Origin: Sphingobacteriaceae bacterium
GTDB taxonomy: Bacteria > Bacteroidota > Bacteroidia > B-17B0 > Aurantibacillaceae
DNA length: 64,000 nucleotides
Direction: 5' to 3'
Assembly (NCBI GenBank): GCA_947480015.1
Contig: CANKBS010000009.1
Coordinates: 3,255 to 67,254, forward strand
In this document: in pieces, positions 47,922 to 57,621 of the stretch
How positions within the stretch are numbered: the stretch's first letter is position 1
How the letters are laid out: every line of letters starts with the position of its first letter
Notes under the pieces: generated by a model
Database searches by the model: none
Seen by the model: only the letters and a program-made list of their open reading frames with translations
What the model was told of the DNA's origin: nothing
Position numbers and translations under genes: made by a program

Positions 47922-49358
47922 ATGAGCAACATAGGAGGCATAATAAAGAGTATTCAAAACATCATGTGGCAGGACACCGGTCTGAATGGCGATGCACAAC
48001 GTATCGAACAGTTAGGATGGATGCTTTTTTTGAAGATATTTTCTGACAAAGACAAAGAACTAGAACTACTTGATGAAAAATACAAATCACCTATTCCTGA
48101 TGAATACCACTGGGTAAAAGAAAAAGGCAATTGGGCTGGTGATGATGAAGGGATGACAGGTGATGAGCTTTTAGAGTTTGTTGACCGGAAACTATTTCCG
48201 GCTCTACGAAATTTAGACTTAAGTACTGGTAATCAAAGAGCCGTTATTGTTCGAGAGGTTTTTGAAGGAAATAACAATTACATGAAAAGTGGCATCAATA
48301 TCCGTAAGGTGTTGAACAAGCTTAACGAAATTGATTTTAATATTGCTAAAGACCGTCATGCCTTTGGTGAGCTCTACGAAACCATTTTAAAAGAATTACA
48401 AAGTGCGGGTAAAAGCGGTGAATTCTATACACCTAGAGCCATCACACAATTTATCACAGATATTATTGACCCAAAATTGGGTGAGAGAATTTTAGACCCT
48501 GCTTGCGGAACAGGTGGTTATTTGACATGTGCCATTGAACATTTAAAAAAACAGGCGAAGAATGTAAAAGACCGAAAGAGCATTGAACAAAATATTGCTG
48601 GCTGGGAATACAAGCCCCTGCCCTATTTGTTGGCAACAACCAATTTGATTTTACACGACATTGAAATACCCAACATTAAATTTGGTGATGCCTTAGACCA
48701 GCCTTTGAGCAACTTTACTGAAAAACACCGTGTAAATGTAATACTGGCTAATCCTCCTTTTGGTGGTATAGTAGCCAATGGCAACGAAAGCAATTTTCCG
48801 CAAACATTTCGCACCAAAGAAAGTGCCGACCTATTTTTAATTTTGATGATTCATCTTTTAAAACAAGATGGCAGAGCCGGGATTGTTTTACCGGATGGCT
48901 CCTTAACCGGTGATGGTGTAAAACAACGTGTGAGGCAAAAGCTTTTAGAGGAATGTAATCTTCATACTATTATTCGTTTACCTAATTCTGTATTTCAGCC
49001 TTATGCATCAGTAGCAACCAACTTATTATTTTTTGATAAGGGTAAACCTACAAAGGACATTTGGTATTATGAACACCGAATGCCGGAAGGCTACAAAGCA
49101 TACAACAAAACCAAACCAATTCAAGCAAAGGAATTTGAACCAATTAAGAAGTGGTGGAATAAGAGAAAAGAAGGTGATTTTGCTTGGAAAGTAAACATCA
49201 AAACGATAATTGAAAGAGGGTACGACTTAGATATTAAAAACCCAACAAAACCTGAAGAAGAAAAAGAATACAATAGTGCTGAATTAATAAAAATGCTTGA
49301 CGATTCATTTGACAAGAGCCACAGTTTATTGAACCAACTTAAACTAGCTTTAAAATGA
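47922..49358 (+). CDS. hsdM: Type I RM methyltransferase subunit
   Basis: GEFYTPR, DPACGTGG, NPPF. Confidence 0.96.
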   Translation: MSNIGGIIKSIQNIMWQDTGLNGDAQRIEQLGWMLFLKIFSDKDKELELLDEKYKSPIPDEYHWVKEKGNWAGDDEGMTGDELLEFVDRKLFPALRNLDLSTGNQRAVIVREVFEGNNNYMKSGINIRKVLNKLNEIDFNIAKDRHAFGELYETILKELQSAGKSGEFYTPRAITQFITDIIDPKLGERILDPACGTGGYLTCAIEHLKKQAKNVKDRKSIEQNIAGWEYKPLPYLLATTNLILHDIEIPNIKFGDALDQPLSNFTEKHRVNVILANPPFGGIVANGNESNFPQTFRTKESADLFLILMIHLLKQDGRAGIVLPDGSLTGDGVKQRVRQKLLEECNLHTIIRLPNSVFQPYASVATNLLFFDKGKPTKDIWYYEHRMPEGYKAYNKTKPIQAKEFEPIKKWWNKRKEGDFAWKVNIKTIIERGYDLDIKNPTKPEEEKEYNSAELIKMLDDSFDKSHSLLNQLKLALK

Positions 49359-50683
49359 GTTGGAGAAAGGTAAAATTAGGTGAATTTTTAAGAGTTCGGG
49401 ATAATCGTTATAAACCCAACGATAAAGCCATAAAAAACCTACAACGAATTGATAAAATTGATTTTTCAGGGAAAATATTTATTTCAGACAAACCTTCAAA
49501 CACTGATATGATATTGGTTAAAAAGGGAGATTTAGTGATATCTGGAATTAACGTTGAAAAGGGAGCAATGGCAGTATATACTGGTGAAGAAGATATAACT
49601 GCCACAATCCATTATTCTTCATACAGCTTCGATGAGACCAAAACTGATATTGAATTTTTGAAATCATTTTTAAAGAGTATTGAATTTAAAAACGCATTAA
49701 AAGAACAAGTACCGGGAGGTATTAAAACTGAAATAAAACCGAAACATCTATTACCCCTTATTGTTGAAATTCCCACAGATATTAAAGAGCAAAAAGCGGT
49801 TGTAAAATTATTGCAAGGGCGAAATTCAAAAGTAGATGAAATATCTTTAGAACTCACCCACCAACTCTCTTTAGTAAAAAAACTCCGCCAGCAATTATTG
49901 CAGGATGCGGTGCAAGGAAAATTAGTACCACAAAACAAAAAAGATGAACCAGCTGGTGAACTGCTAAAGAAAATTAAAGCCGAAAAAGTTAAACTGTTTG
50001 CAGAAAAGAAACTGAAAAAAGAAAAAGAATTGCCACCAATAAAACCAGATGAAATTCCTTTTGAAATTCCTGAGAATTGGATTTGGTGTAGGGGTGAAAT
50101 AATTGCGAATTATATTGACCCCCAGCCAAGCCACAGGACTCCTGCTGAAAGTGCAGATGGTGTGCCATACATAGCAATGAGTGATATAAAAAAGGATGGC
50201 TCCATTGATTTTAATTTTGCAAGGAAGGTCTCTAAAGAAATATTAGTTGAGCATCAAAAAAGATACAAATTGGAAAATGGTGATTTTGTGTTTGGGAAAA
50301 TAGGTACAATTGGTAAGCCAGTAAAACTTCCTTCACCTTTTAACTATACATTATCTGCAAACGTGATTCTTATTCAACCGATTAGAAAATTAATTAATCA
50401 TGATTACTTATTCTATTTTCTTTCTAGTCCAACTGCCGAGAAAAATCTAATTGAAAATAAAAGCACAACATCCTATCCGGTTTTCGGCATGGGAAAGGCA
50501 AGAAACATGCCTATACCGCTTCCACCACTTGCTGAACAAATCAGAGTCGTTCAAAAAATAGCTGAACTAATGCAGTATTGCAATGATTTGGAAGTCAGTA
50601 TCAAACAAAGTGAATCACAAAATGAAAAATTATTACAACAGGTTTTAAGAGAGGCATTGAGGAAAGAGCCGGTTGAGGCTTAA
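49355..50683 (+). CDS. hsdS: Type I RM specificity subunit
   Basis: Two TRDs, central LLQDAVQGKLVPQ...EIPFEIPENW, PLPPLAEQ; ATGA overlap with hsdM. Confidence 0.93.
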   Translation: MSWRKVKLGEFLRVRDNRYKPNDKAIKNLQRIDKIDFSGKIFISDKPSNTDMILVKKGDLVISGINVEKGAMAVYTGEEDITATIHYSSYSFDETKTDIEFLKSFLKSIEFKNALKEQVPGGIKTEIKPKHLLPLIVEIPTDIKEQKAVVKLLQGRNSKVDEISLELTHQLSLVKKLRQQLLQDAVQGKLVPQNKKDEPAGELLKKIKAEKVKLFAEKKLKKEKELPPIKPDEIPFEIPENWIWCRGEIIANYIDPQPSHRTPAESADGVPYIAMSDIKKDGSIDFNFARKVSKEILVEHQKRYKLENGDFVFGKIGTIGKPVKLPSPFNYTLSANVILIQPIRKLINHDYLFYFLSSPTAEKNLIENKSTTSYPVFGMGKARNMPIPLPPLAEQIRVVQKIAELMQYCNDLEVSIKQSESQNEKLLQQVLREALRKEPVEA

Positions 50684-50910
50684 TAATAATCATTTAAAAA
50701 ATAGAGGGCAAACTTAAATATCTATGTCTGTAATAATGATACAAAATCCAAAACCAGCAAAAAGTCAAAATAAAGTACCCAATTCCCAACTTAATATAAA
50801 CATAGTTGGGTTTCTTAAACAGTTGTTTATTAACCTTTTATGACCTGTTTTATCTGAAGGGAATCTTCCTTATATTTAACTAAATTTACGAACAACCTTT
50901 TATCAATTTA

Positions 50911-53439
50911 ATGACGAAAATACCCTTCAAAGTATCTGCAAGAACCGCCAAACTTATTGGACAAGAGAACTTCTCTAATCCAGAGGGTGCAACTATTGAA
51001 TTGGTAAAAAACTGTTATGATGCTGATGCGAAAAATTGTTTAGTTGTTTACGACATATTATTTGATAGTATTCCTGAAACACTTTCTACCAAAGAATATA
51101 AAAACTACTCATCAGAAAACGAAGTTGTAAGGCTAGGTTACAAACTGAAAGAAGGGAAATATTTTCTTACACAAAGTTTAAATGAAAAAAGAACAAATGA
51201 ATTGCTTTCGTTTTTCTATTCGTTTAACTCGATTTACATCATAGACAATGGTGATGGAATGACTCAAAGTGTGATTCAAAACCAATGGATGGAAATTGGA
51301 ACCGGAAACAAAGAGACTAACTACATCTCAGATGATGGCAGGATAAAGACAGGAGCGAAAGGAATTGGAAGATTTGCACTTGACCGTTTGGGATTTTTTG
51401 CAGAAATGTGGACTGTTCCCAAAGATAAAAAATCTGGACATGGTTATTATTGGAGCATGGACTGGACACAGTTTGAAGCTCCGAACAAATCTGTTTCAGA
51501 TATTGAAGCAGACTTTGAGGCAAAAGATATAAACCTAAAAACATTCATCCAAGAACACTTCAAAAGTCATTCAGGTTTAGTTGATTTTATCAAATCAAAA
51601 TCATTTAGTAGTGGCACAATAATTAAAATTTCAAAACTTAAAGACAGTTGGAATGAAACCAATTTACAAAGTGTATTTAAGAGTTTAGAGGCGTTAATTC
51701 CACCAAAGGAATTAGAAATTCCATTCCATGTAAATTTCTATCACCTGCAAAAGCCAAAAGTATTTGGTGAAGTGGAAACAGCTTACTTCAATGATTATGA
51801 CTACAAAGTTTTAGCAAAATTCAATTCAAAAGATTTAACTGTTGATTTGACTTTAACTAGGAACGAGTTGGATTTAAAAAAGGTAAAAAAGGAATTTGTT
51901 CACATTTTTAAGAACGCAAAACAACCATACGACTTAAAGACCTTAGAGAAAAAGGAATTTACCATTTCTAAAACAGCTAACGAAATTTTAAAGTGGGAGA
52001 ATAATAATTATAATGAAACAGCACTTAAGAAATTAGGTGACTTTGCTTTTTCATTTTACTTTTTAAAAAATATAACATCACTAAAAGAAGATTATCCGCA
52101 TCAGGCAATTAATTCTAAAGAACGTAAAGAAATTATTGAAAAGTTTGGCGGAATAAAAATTTACAGAGACTCATTTCGTGTAAGACCTTATGGAGATACT
52201 GGTAACGATTGGTTGAAGCTAGGAGAAAGGGCTTCTGTTAGTCCTGCTGGCGCAGGGCAAAGAATTGGAGATTGGAGAGTAAGACCAAATCAAATCGCAG
52301 GGCTTATTACAATTTCAAGAATTGAAAATCCAAATCTGCTCGACAAGTCAGACCGAGGTGGACTTCAAGAGAATGAAGCTTTTGATACACTTCAAAAATT
52401 ATTGAAAGCACTTATTTATGAATTTGAGTTGGATAGAACTAAAATTCTAAATCCATTCTACCTTGATGCTAAAGCAAAAGAGGAGAAAAAAAGAGAAGCT
52501 GAAATAAGGAAAGAGGCAGAAAAATTAGCTGACAAAATCGTTCTTGAAAGACAAAAAGTTGAACACAAAATATACGGCTCTAAACAAGACCTTTTTAAAG
52601 GTATAAAAGATGAAGAAGAAAAAGAAGCATATAAAAATGTCATAAAGAAAAGTTTAGAGAAGTTTGAAAAAAGGGATGATGAATATGCAGAAATTGCACA
52701 GATAAGAACTTTAGCAAGTTTAGGTTTAATAGTTTCATCGTTTGCACACGAACTAAAAGAAGTTAGAAACAACTTTGACGATATACATGAACTTGAAAAA
52801 ATCTTTAACAAGATTGTTTCTGATGACAAGAAGAAAAATGTTGACTTCAAAGATGGGCTGAACATTATTGAATTGCTAAAATCAGCAAATCAAAAAATTT
52901 CTCATTGGGTTGATTATTCTCTGACAGCTATCAAAAAAGACAAAAGAAAAAGGACAACTATAAAGTTTGACAGATATTTTTCCGGACTGAGTAAGAACTG
53001 GAAAAAAGTTTTAGAGAATAGCAATGTGGAGCTTGACTTGAAAAACAACATCAAGAACCCTTATGTATTTAGGGGTTTTGAGATGGATTTGAATACTGTT
53101 TTCAATAATCTAATTTCAAATTCCATTGAAGCATTTCACAACTTACGAGTTATTCGTGATAGAAAAATTGTAATTGCATTTTCATTAGTTAAGAACAACA
53201 TTCAAATAATATACTCCGACAACGGAACAGGAATTCCAAGCGTTTTCAAAAAAGAAAGGGATGAAATCTTTTTACCGTTCACTACTTCCAAGAAAGACAA
53301 AGAAGGAAATGAAATAGGAACAGGTTTAGGAATGTATCTTGTAAAAAATGTGATGAATGACAACAATGGTTCAGTAGAAATTATGGATGCACCTGTTGGC
53401 TTAAAATTAAAAATTGATTTTCCAATCAGAAAAAAATAG
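50911..53439 (+). CDS. Fusion of MORC/HSP90-like GHKL ATPase and C-terminal histidine kinase
   Basis: N-term IELVKNCYDADA, IDNGDGM, GAKGIGRFA; C-term H-box SFAHEL, N-box FNNLISNS, DNGTGI, F-box FLPF, GTGLGM; no TM segments. Confidence 0.88.
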   Translation: MTKIPFKVSARTAKLIGQENFSNPEGATIELVKNCYDADAKNCLVVYDILFDSIPETLSTKEYKNYSSENEVVRLGYKLKEGKYFLTQSLNEKRTNELLSFFYSFNSIYIIDNGDGMTQSVIQNQWMEIGTGNKETNYISDDGRIKTGAKGIGRFALDRLGFFAEMWTVPKDKKSGHGYYWSMDWTQFEAPNKSVSDIEADFEAKDINLKTFIQEHFKSHSGLVDFIKSKSFSSGTIIKISKLKDSWNETNLQSVFKSLEALIPPKELEIPFHVNFYHLQKPKVFGEVETAYFNDYDYKVLAKFNSKDLTVDLTLTRNELDLKKVKKEFVHIFKNAKQPYDLKTLEKKEFTISKTANEILKWENNNYNETALKKLGDFAFSFYFLKNITSLKEDYPHQAINSKERKEIIEKFGGIKIYRDSFRVRPYGDTGNDWLKLGERASVSPAGAGQRIGDWRVRPNQIAGLITISRIENPNLLDKSDRGGLQENEAFDTLQKLLKALIYEFELDRTKILNPFYLDAKAKEEKKREAEIRKEAEKLADKIVLERQKVEHKIYGSKQDLFKGIKDEEEKEAYKNVIKKSLEKFEKRDDEYAEIAQIRTLASLGLIVSSFAHELKEVRNNFDDIHELEKIFNKIVSDDKKKNVDFKDGLNIIELLKSANQKISHWVDYSLTAIKKDKRKRTTIKFDRYFSGLSKNWKKVLENSNVELDLKNNIKNPYVFRGFEMDLNTVFNNLISNSIEAFHNLRVIRDRKIVIAFSLVKNNIQIIYSDNGTGIPSVFKKERDEIFLPFTTSKKDKEGNEIGTGLGMYLVKNVMNDNNGSVEIMDAPVGLKLKIDFPIRKK

Positions 53440-53444
53440 TCAAG

Positions 53445-54080
53445 ATGAAATACAAAATCGGATACATAGACGAAGACCCAACTCAATTCAATAAGTATGA
53501 AAGAGAATTGAGGGAATATTTTGATGTTGTCGGTTATCAAATATCAAAAGGGTTACCCCTTGAAGATATGATAAATCAAGTTTATGAATCAGATATAGAC
53601 TTATTGCTTGTTGATTATCTCCTAGTTGAAAAAGGTGTTTTGGTTTACAACGGAGATAAAGTTGCAAGAGCATTTGAAGAAATTAAACCAAGGTTTCCGA
53701 TAATAATTTTCACCAATGAAGAGAATCAAGCATTCCCACAAGTTGACAATCCTTTCAACATTTGTGATAAAGCAGAAGTAAAAGACAACATCAACAAGTT
53801 TGTTTCAAAGCTCACTAAGTTAATTGAGCAATACAAAGGTTTTGTTTCAAAAAGAAAAGACCTAATTAATAAACTCCTTGACAAAGGTGAAAAAGAAGGA
53901 TTAAGCTCTGAAGAAAAGCATGAATTACTTCAGGCACAATCAGAATTAAATAATCTTGACAAGCGTTCAACCGAAGTTCCTCTTCAGTTAATGACTGATA
54001 AAAAACTCGAAGACCTATCAAAGACAACTAAAGAGGCGGAAGCGTTTTTGGAATCACTAATTAAAAAGAATAAGAAGTGA
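53445..54080 (+). CDS. Receiver-domain protein with helical C-terminal extension
   Basis: YIDED, LLVDY (phospho-Asp), IFTN, DK; no DNA-binding HTH recognised. Confidence 0.8.
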   Translation: MKYKIGYIDEDPTQFNKYERELREYFDVVGYQISKGLPLEDMINQVYESDIDLLLVDYLLVEKGVLVYNGDKVARAFEEIKPRFPIIIFTNEENQAFPQVDNPFNICDKAEVKDNINKFVSKLTKLIEQYKGFVSKRKDLINKLLDKGEKEGLSSEEKHELLQAQSELNNLDKRSTEVPLQLMTDKKLEDLSKTTKEAEAFLESLIKKNKK

Positions 54081-54712
54081 TACCACTTAGAGATATAACA
54101 CCTTCACGGACAGCTCCAGTATTAAACGAAACTGACGGGAATTGGGGAAAGCATAAGCCACAATTAAAAAATGATTTTAATAGTCATTGTGGTTATTGTC
54201 ATTCATATGACGGATATAAACACACATATTTTGAAGTTGACCACTTCGTTCCGAAAAGTGTAATCATTAAAAACGGGTGGGACATTCCCTCAGCCCGTTA
54301 CAACAACTTGGTTTATTCCTGTAAGTTTTGTAACAATAAAAAACTTAGTAAGTGGACAACCAACAGCCATATAGTTTATAATGATGGCACAACTGGTTTT
54401 GTTGACCCATGTGATGCGTCTTATGATACACTTTTTTACAGAACAACTGACGGAGCAATAAGACCTGATGCAAATTCTGACTTGGCAAAATGGATGTATA
54501 AAGTGGCATTCAAGTTTGACGAAAGAGAAAGAGCTATAATTGTTCTTTGGAACATGAATAGATTAAGACAGATTATTGATGGGCTTATAGTGGAACTTAA
54601 TACTTATGGAATCGGCTCAACAGATTACAACACGATAAAATTAAAGCTCGGTGAATACGCGCTGAAATATTATATCTTTCACAAGGAATTAATTGAATTC
54701 TATGAGCAATAA
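54077..54712 (+). CDS. HNH endonuclease
   Basis: CGYC...EVDHFVPKS...NNLVYSCKFCNNKK. Confidence 0.9.
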   Translation: MIPLRDITPSRTAPVLNETDGNWGKHKPQLKNDFNSHCGYCHSYDGYKHTYFEVDHFVPKSVIIKNGWDIPSARYNNLVYSCKFCNNKKLSKWTTNSHIVYNDGTTGFVDPCDASYDTLFYRTTDGAIRPDANSDLAKWMYKVAFKFDERERAIIVLWNMNRLRQIIDGLIVELNTYGIGSTDYNTIKLKLGEYALKYYIFHKELIEFYEQ

Positions 54713-56300
54713 AAAGAATATAGGCTCATTTTACACTCCAAAAATTATTGCAGATTTTTTGGTGGACTATCTGTCAAAAAAATTGACTGGTGATAATTTG
54801 ACAATATTGGAGCCAAGTGCAGGAGATGGAATTTTTATTCAGTCAATTTACAATCACCAAACCTTATCAAAGCAAATAAAAAAAGTAATTGCGGTTGAGA
54901 GAGAAAAAAATGAACTTGAAAAAGTAAAAGCAATTACAAAAAGTAAATCACTTGAAACTATTCATTCAGATTTTTTAAAGTTTCAAAATAACAACAAACA
55001 AAAATTTAATTTGGTGGTTGGCAATCCACCCTACATCAAGAAAAGTTTGTTAGAAGCAGAGCAAATTTCTCATTGTGAAAACATTCATAAACTCTTCCCG
55101 GCTCTTTCAGAAAATAAAATCAAAAATATCTGGACAGCTTTTTTAGTTCGGAGTATAAATTTTGTAAGCGACGATGGAATATTAGCTTTTGTTCTTCCTT
55201 CCGAATTACTGCAAGTAAAGTTTGCATCTGAACTTCGGGCTTTAATTCTTAAAGAATTTGAACGAGTTGAAATTTTTACTTTCAATGAATTGCTTTTTAA
55301 AGATTGCAAAGGACAAGACACCTTACTCTTAATTGGTGAACGTAAATCAAAAAACAAAGGTGTTTATTACTGCAATATTGGAAAATTGAATGACCTTGGA
55401 GAAAAAAGGTTTACACTTGCTCAGAATGTAAACATTAGAGAATCTAAATGGACGCATCATCACTTGGCTACTGATGAGATTGAACTTTTAGAGAAAATCA
55501 AAAAGCACCTTCATATTGCAAATTATTACTGTACATCAAAGGCAGGTATAGTAACTGCAGCCAATAATTATTTTATAGTGGATACTAAAACCGTTCAGGA
55601 ATATTCATTGAAGAAATATGTAAAGGAAATTATTCAGAAAGGGTCTTTTGTAAATGGTAGTGTTATTCTAACTCAACTTGAGTTTGACAATTTAGTTAAG
55701 CAATCAAAGCCGACATTTCTGATTGCTCTTAACAAGGCAACAAAGATTAAAACCAATGAAAGAATACATCAATATCTAGAAAAAGGTTTGGCTTTAAAAA
55801 TAAATGAGAGATATAAAACCTTATTGCGCAACAAGTGGTTTGAAGTTCCTAATGTTGGAAACCCACCTGAAGCATTTTTCTTTAAGCGCTGTAATGAATA
55901 TCCAAAACTAATTAAAAACAATGCAAGTGTTTTAACAACAGATAGTGCCTATACAATTGAAATGAAAGAAGACTATGACGTGGAAAACTTGATTTTCTCT
56001 TTCTACAACTCATTGACACTTTCTTTTGCTGAACTTAACGGTAGATATTACGGTGGTGGTGTTTTAGAATTGACTCCAAATGAATTCAAAAACTTACCTG
56101 TGCCTTACATGAATGTTGGAGTAAAAGAATTCAATTCGTTTGTAAAAGCCTTTAAGGGAAAGACTTCAATCAAAGATATTTGCCTAAAAAATGACACTAA
56201 AATTCTTAAATCAATTGACAGTAAAATTGACAGCGATAGTATAAACAAAATCTTTAGTATTCGTGAAAAGTTATATCTGCGTAGAATCAAAACGAATTAG
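54693..56300 (+). CDS. N6-adenine DNA methyltransferase (gamma-class, Eco57I/TaqI-like)
   Basis: GSFYTP, LEPSAGDGIF (motif I), GNPPY (motif IV), C-terminal TRD-like region; likely start ATG 54702. Confidence 0.9.
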   Translation: MNSMSNKKNIGSFYTPKIIADFLVDYLSKKLTGDNLTILEPSAGDGIFIQSIYNHQTLSKQIKKVIAVEREKNELEKVKAITKSKSLETIHSDFLKFQNNNKQKFNLVVGNPPYIKKSLLEAEQISHCENIHKLFPALSENKIKNIWTAFLVRSINFVSDDGILAFVLPSELLQVKFASELRALILKEFERVEIFTFNELLFKDCKGQDTLLLIGERKSKNKGVYYCNIGKLNDLGEKRFTLAQNVNIRESKWTHHHLATDEIELLEKIKKHLHIANYYCTSKAGIVTAANNYFIVDTKTVQEYSLKKYVKEIIQKGSFVNGSVILTQLEFDNLVKQSKPTFLIALNKATKIKTNERIHQYLEKGLALKINERYKTLLRNKWFEVPNVGNPPEAFFFKRCNEYPKLIKNNASVLTTDSAYTIEMKEDYDVENLIFSFYNSLTLSFAELNGRYYGGGVLELTPNEFKNLPVPYMNVGVKEFNSFVKAFKGKTSIKDICLKNDTKILKSIDSKIDSDSINKIFSIREKLYLRRIKTN

Positions 56301-56423
56301 CCAACGCATTAACAAATAATTTCAAGGTTCATTTTATTAAGATTTCCGAAAGAAATCCTTTCAAATTTCGTATTAATCTTCGTATACCATCATTATATTT
56401 CCTTGGTAAAAGATTAATACACC

Positions 56424-56741
56424 TTGAATTCAACCATCACCTTAGATAGCGAACTTTGGATTTCAGTAAAATCTGAAGATGCTAGTTATTCAAGGAGACC
56501 ATTATTTTTAATTGCCAATCGCTTCCGGGTTCACTTGCTTAAGCTATCTGAAAACTATTCCGGTCATGTGGTAAAAGCCTACTTGATAGTTGGTTTGGAG
56601 CCACACGAAAAACTAATTGTTTACTATTTGTTTCGCAAAAACAATTCAATCCAAAAAAGAAAAGTGCTACTGAACAAAGGATTTGACCGTGAGTTGGGGC
56701 GTTTGCTCGGTTTGGCTCTAGATAAAAAAATCGGTCACTAA
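56424..56741 (+). CDS. Hypothetical protein
   Basis: 105-aa ORF with TTG start, no recognised motif. Confidence 0.45.
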   Translation: MNSTITLDSELWISVKSEDASYSRRPLFLIANRFRVHLLKLSENYSGHVVKAYLIVGLEPHEKLIVYYLFRKNNSIQKRKVLLNKGFDRELGRLLGLALDKKIGH

Positions 56742-56784
56742 AACACTTCCACTGAATTTTCAAATCAATTAAAATTAAATCGAA

Positions 56785-57435
56785 ATGAGAAAAGGAATCA
56801 GCCATCAATTTAAAAAAGAATACATAGTAAAAAATGATTCAGGAGTAGATATTTTCTACTTTACCATTTACCAGTATTCTGAGGGCTTCAGAGAGCATTA
56901 CACAAACTTGAGTATCAATTGGGACAAGTACCCAATTCTGTTTTATTATTTGGATATACTCCTAAAGGTTGAGGAACACCGGATTGACAGCCTGTCAACT
57001 ATCCTTTTCAAGGAAATTAAGCGTTGCCCTGAATTTGCATCAGATTACTTCAAAGACGAAGTTCTGACCCGTGATGGTAGATATTCACCGGCACTGGCTA
57101 GAGAGGTTGGTCGCCTAAAACGCAAAAAGTTTGAAGCCGAACGTTATAAATTCCAATTAAACACCCCCTACTCGGCTGAACACAACCCTGAAGGCTTCAA
57201 AATAGCCCAGAGCCATTTAGAGCCAAATGGAGCTGGGCAGGATTATGTTAAGGCTCTACTGCCAAAAGATGCCTTTGAGAGGCTCCTAATTAATGAAAAG
57301 CTGCAAAATGCCTATATCGAGGTGTATTCTCCAGATGCTGATTTTATCCTTGGTAAAAGTCCGTCTGATGATGCTGTTTTTATGTATCAGGGTTCGCGAT
57401 TGTTACTCATGATTATTTTGAAAAGTCATTTGTAA
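56785..57435 (+). CDS. Hypothetical protein
   Basis: 216-aa ORF with ATG start, last gene of the element. Confidence 0.6.
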   Translation: MRKGISHQFKKEYIVKNDSGVDIFYFTIYQYSEGFREHYTNLSINWDKYPILFYYLDILLKVEEHRIDSLSTILFKEIKRCPEFASDYFKDEVLTRDGRYSPALAREVGRLKRKKFEAERYKFQLNTPYSAEHNPEGFKIAQSHLEPNGAGQDYVKALLPKDAFERLLINEKLQNAYIEVYSPDADFILGKSPSDDAVFMYQGSRLLLMIILKSHL

Positions 57436-57460
57436 AAAGCGGTTTAAATAATTAGCTTTG
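57429..57460 (+). promoter_or_regulatory. Bacteroidota primary-sigma promoter consensus inside the element, pointing at aconitase
   Basis: TTTG (57429-57432), 20-nt spacer, TAGCTTTG (57453-57460). Confidence 0.55.
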
Positions 57461-57605
57461 CTCCTCTCTGAAAGGAAAAAAATGGGTTGTGGATTTTACG
57501 AATAATTTATTCGCCAAAAATTCGCCAAATTTTTACCAAAAAGAGCCCTTTTTAGGGGAAAACAAAAAAGCTAAGTAATTGATTAACAAATAAATTAGAA
57601 AACAT

Positions 57606-57621
57606 ATGGCATTCGATATTG
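57606..57621 (+). other. attR: element-supplied aconitase start (ATGGCATTCGATATTG), core 57615-57621
   Basis: Direct repeat of 31427-31442 differing only at two synonymous third positions. Confidence 0.75.

Larger units (their letters stand above)
31436..57621. mobile_element. ~26.2 kb integrative defence island inserted in the aconitase start
   Basis: Flanking direct repeat, terminal tyrosine integrase, Rep-like gene, resolvase, RM and defence-like cargo, visibly more AT-rich than the flanks, aroC and aconitase on either side. Confidence 0.85.

Noticed and set aside
46371-52865. Minus-strand ORFs of 60-135 aa opposite hsdR, hsdM, hsdS and the kinase gene
   Set aside because: Antisense shadows of well-supported genes; the same reasoning covers most 60-110 aa overlapping ORFs in the track.
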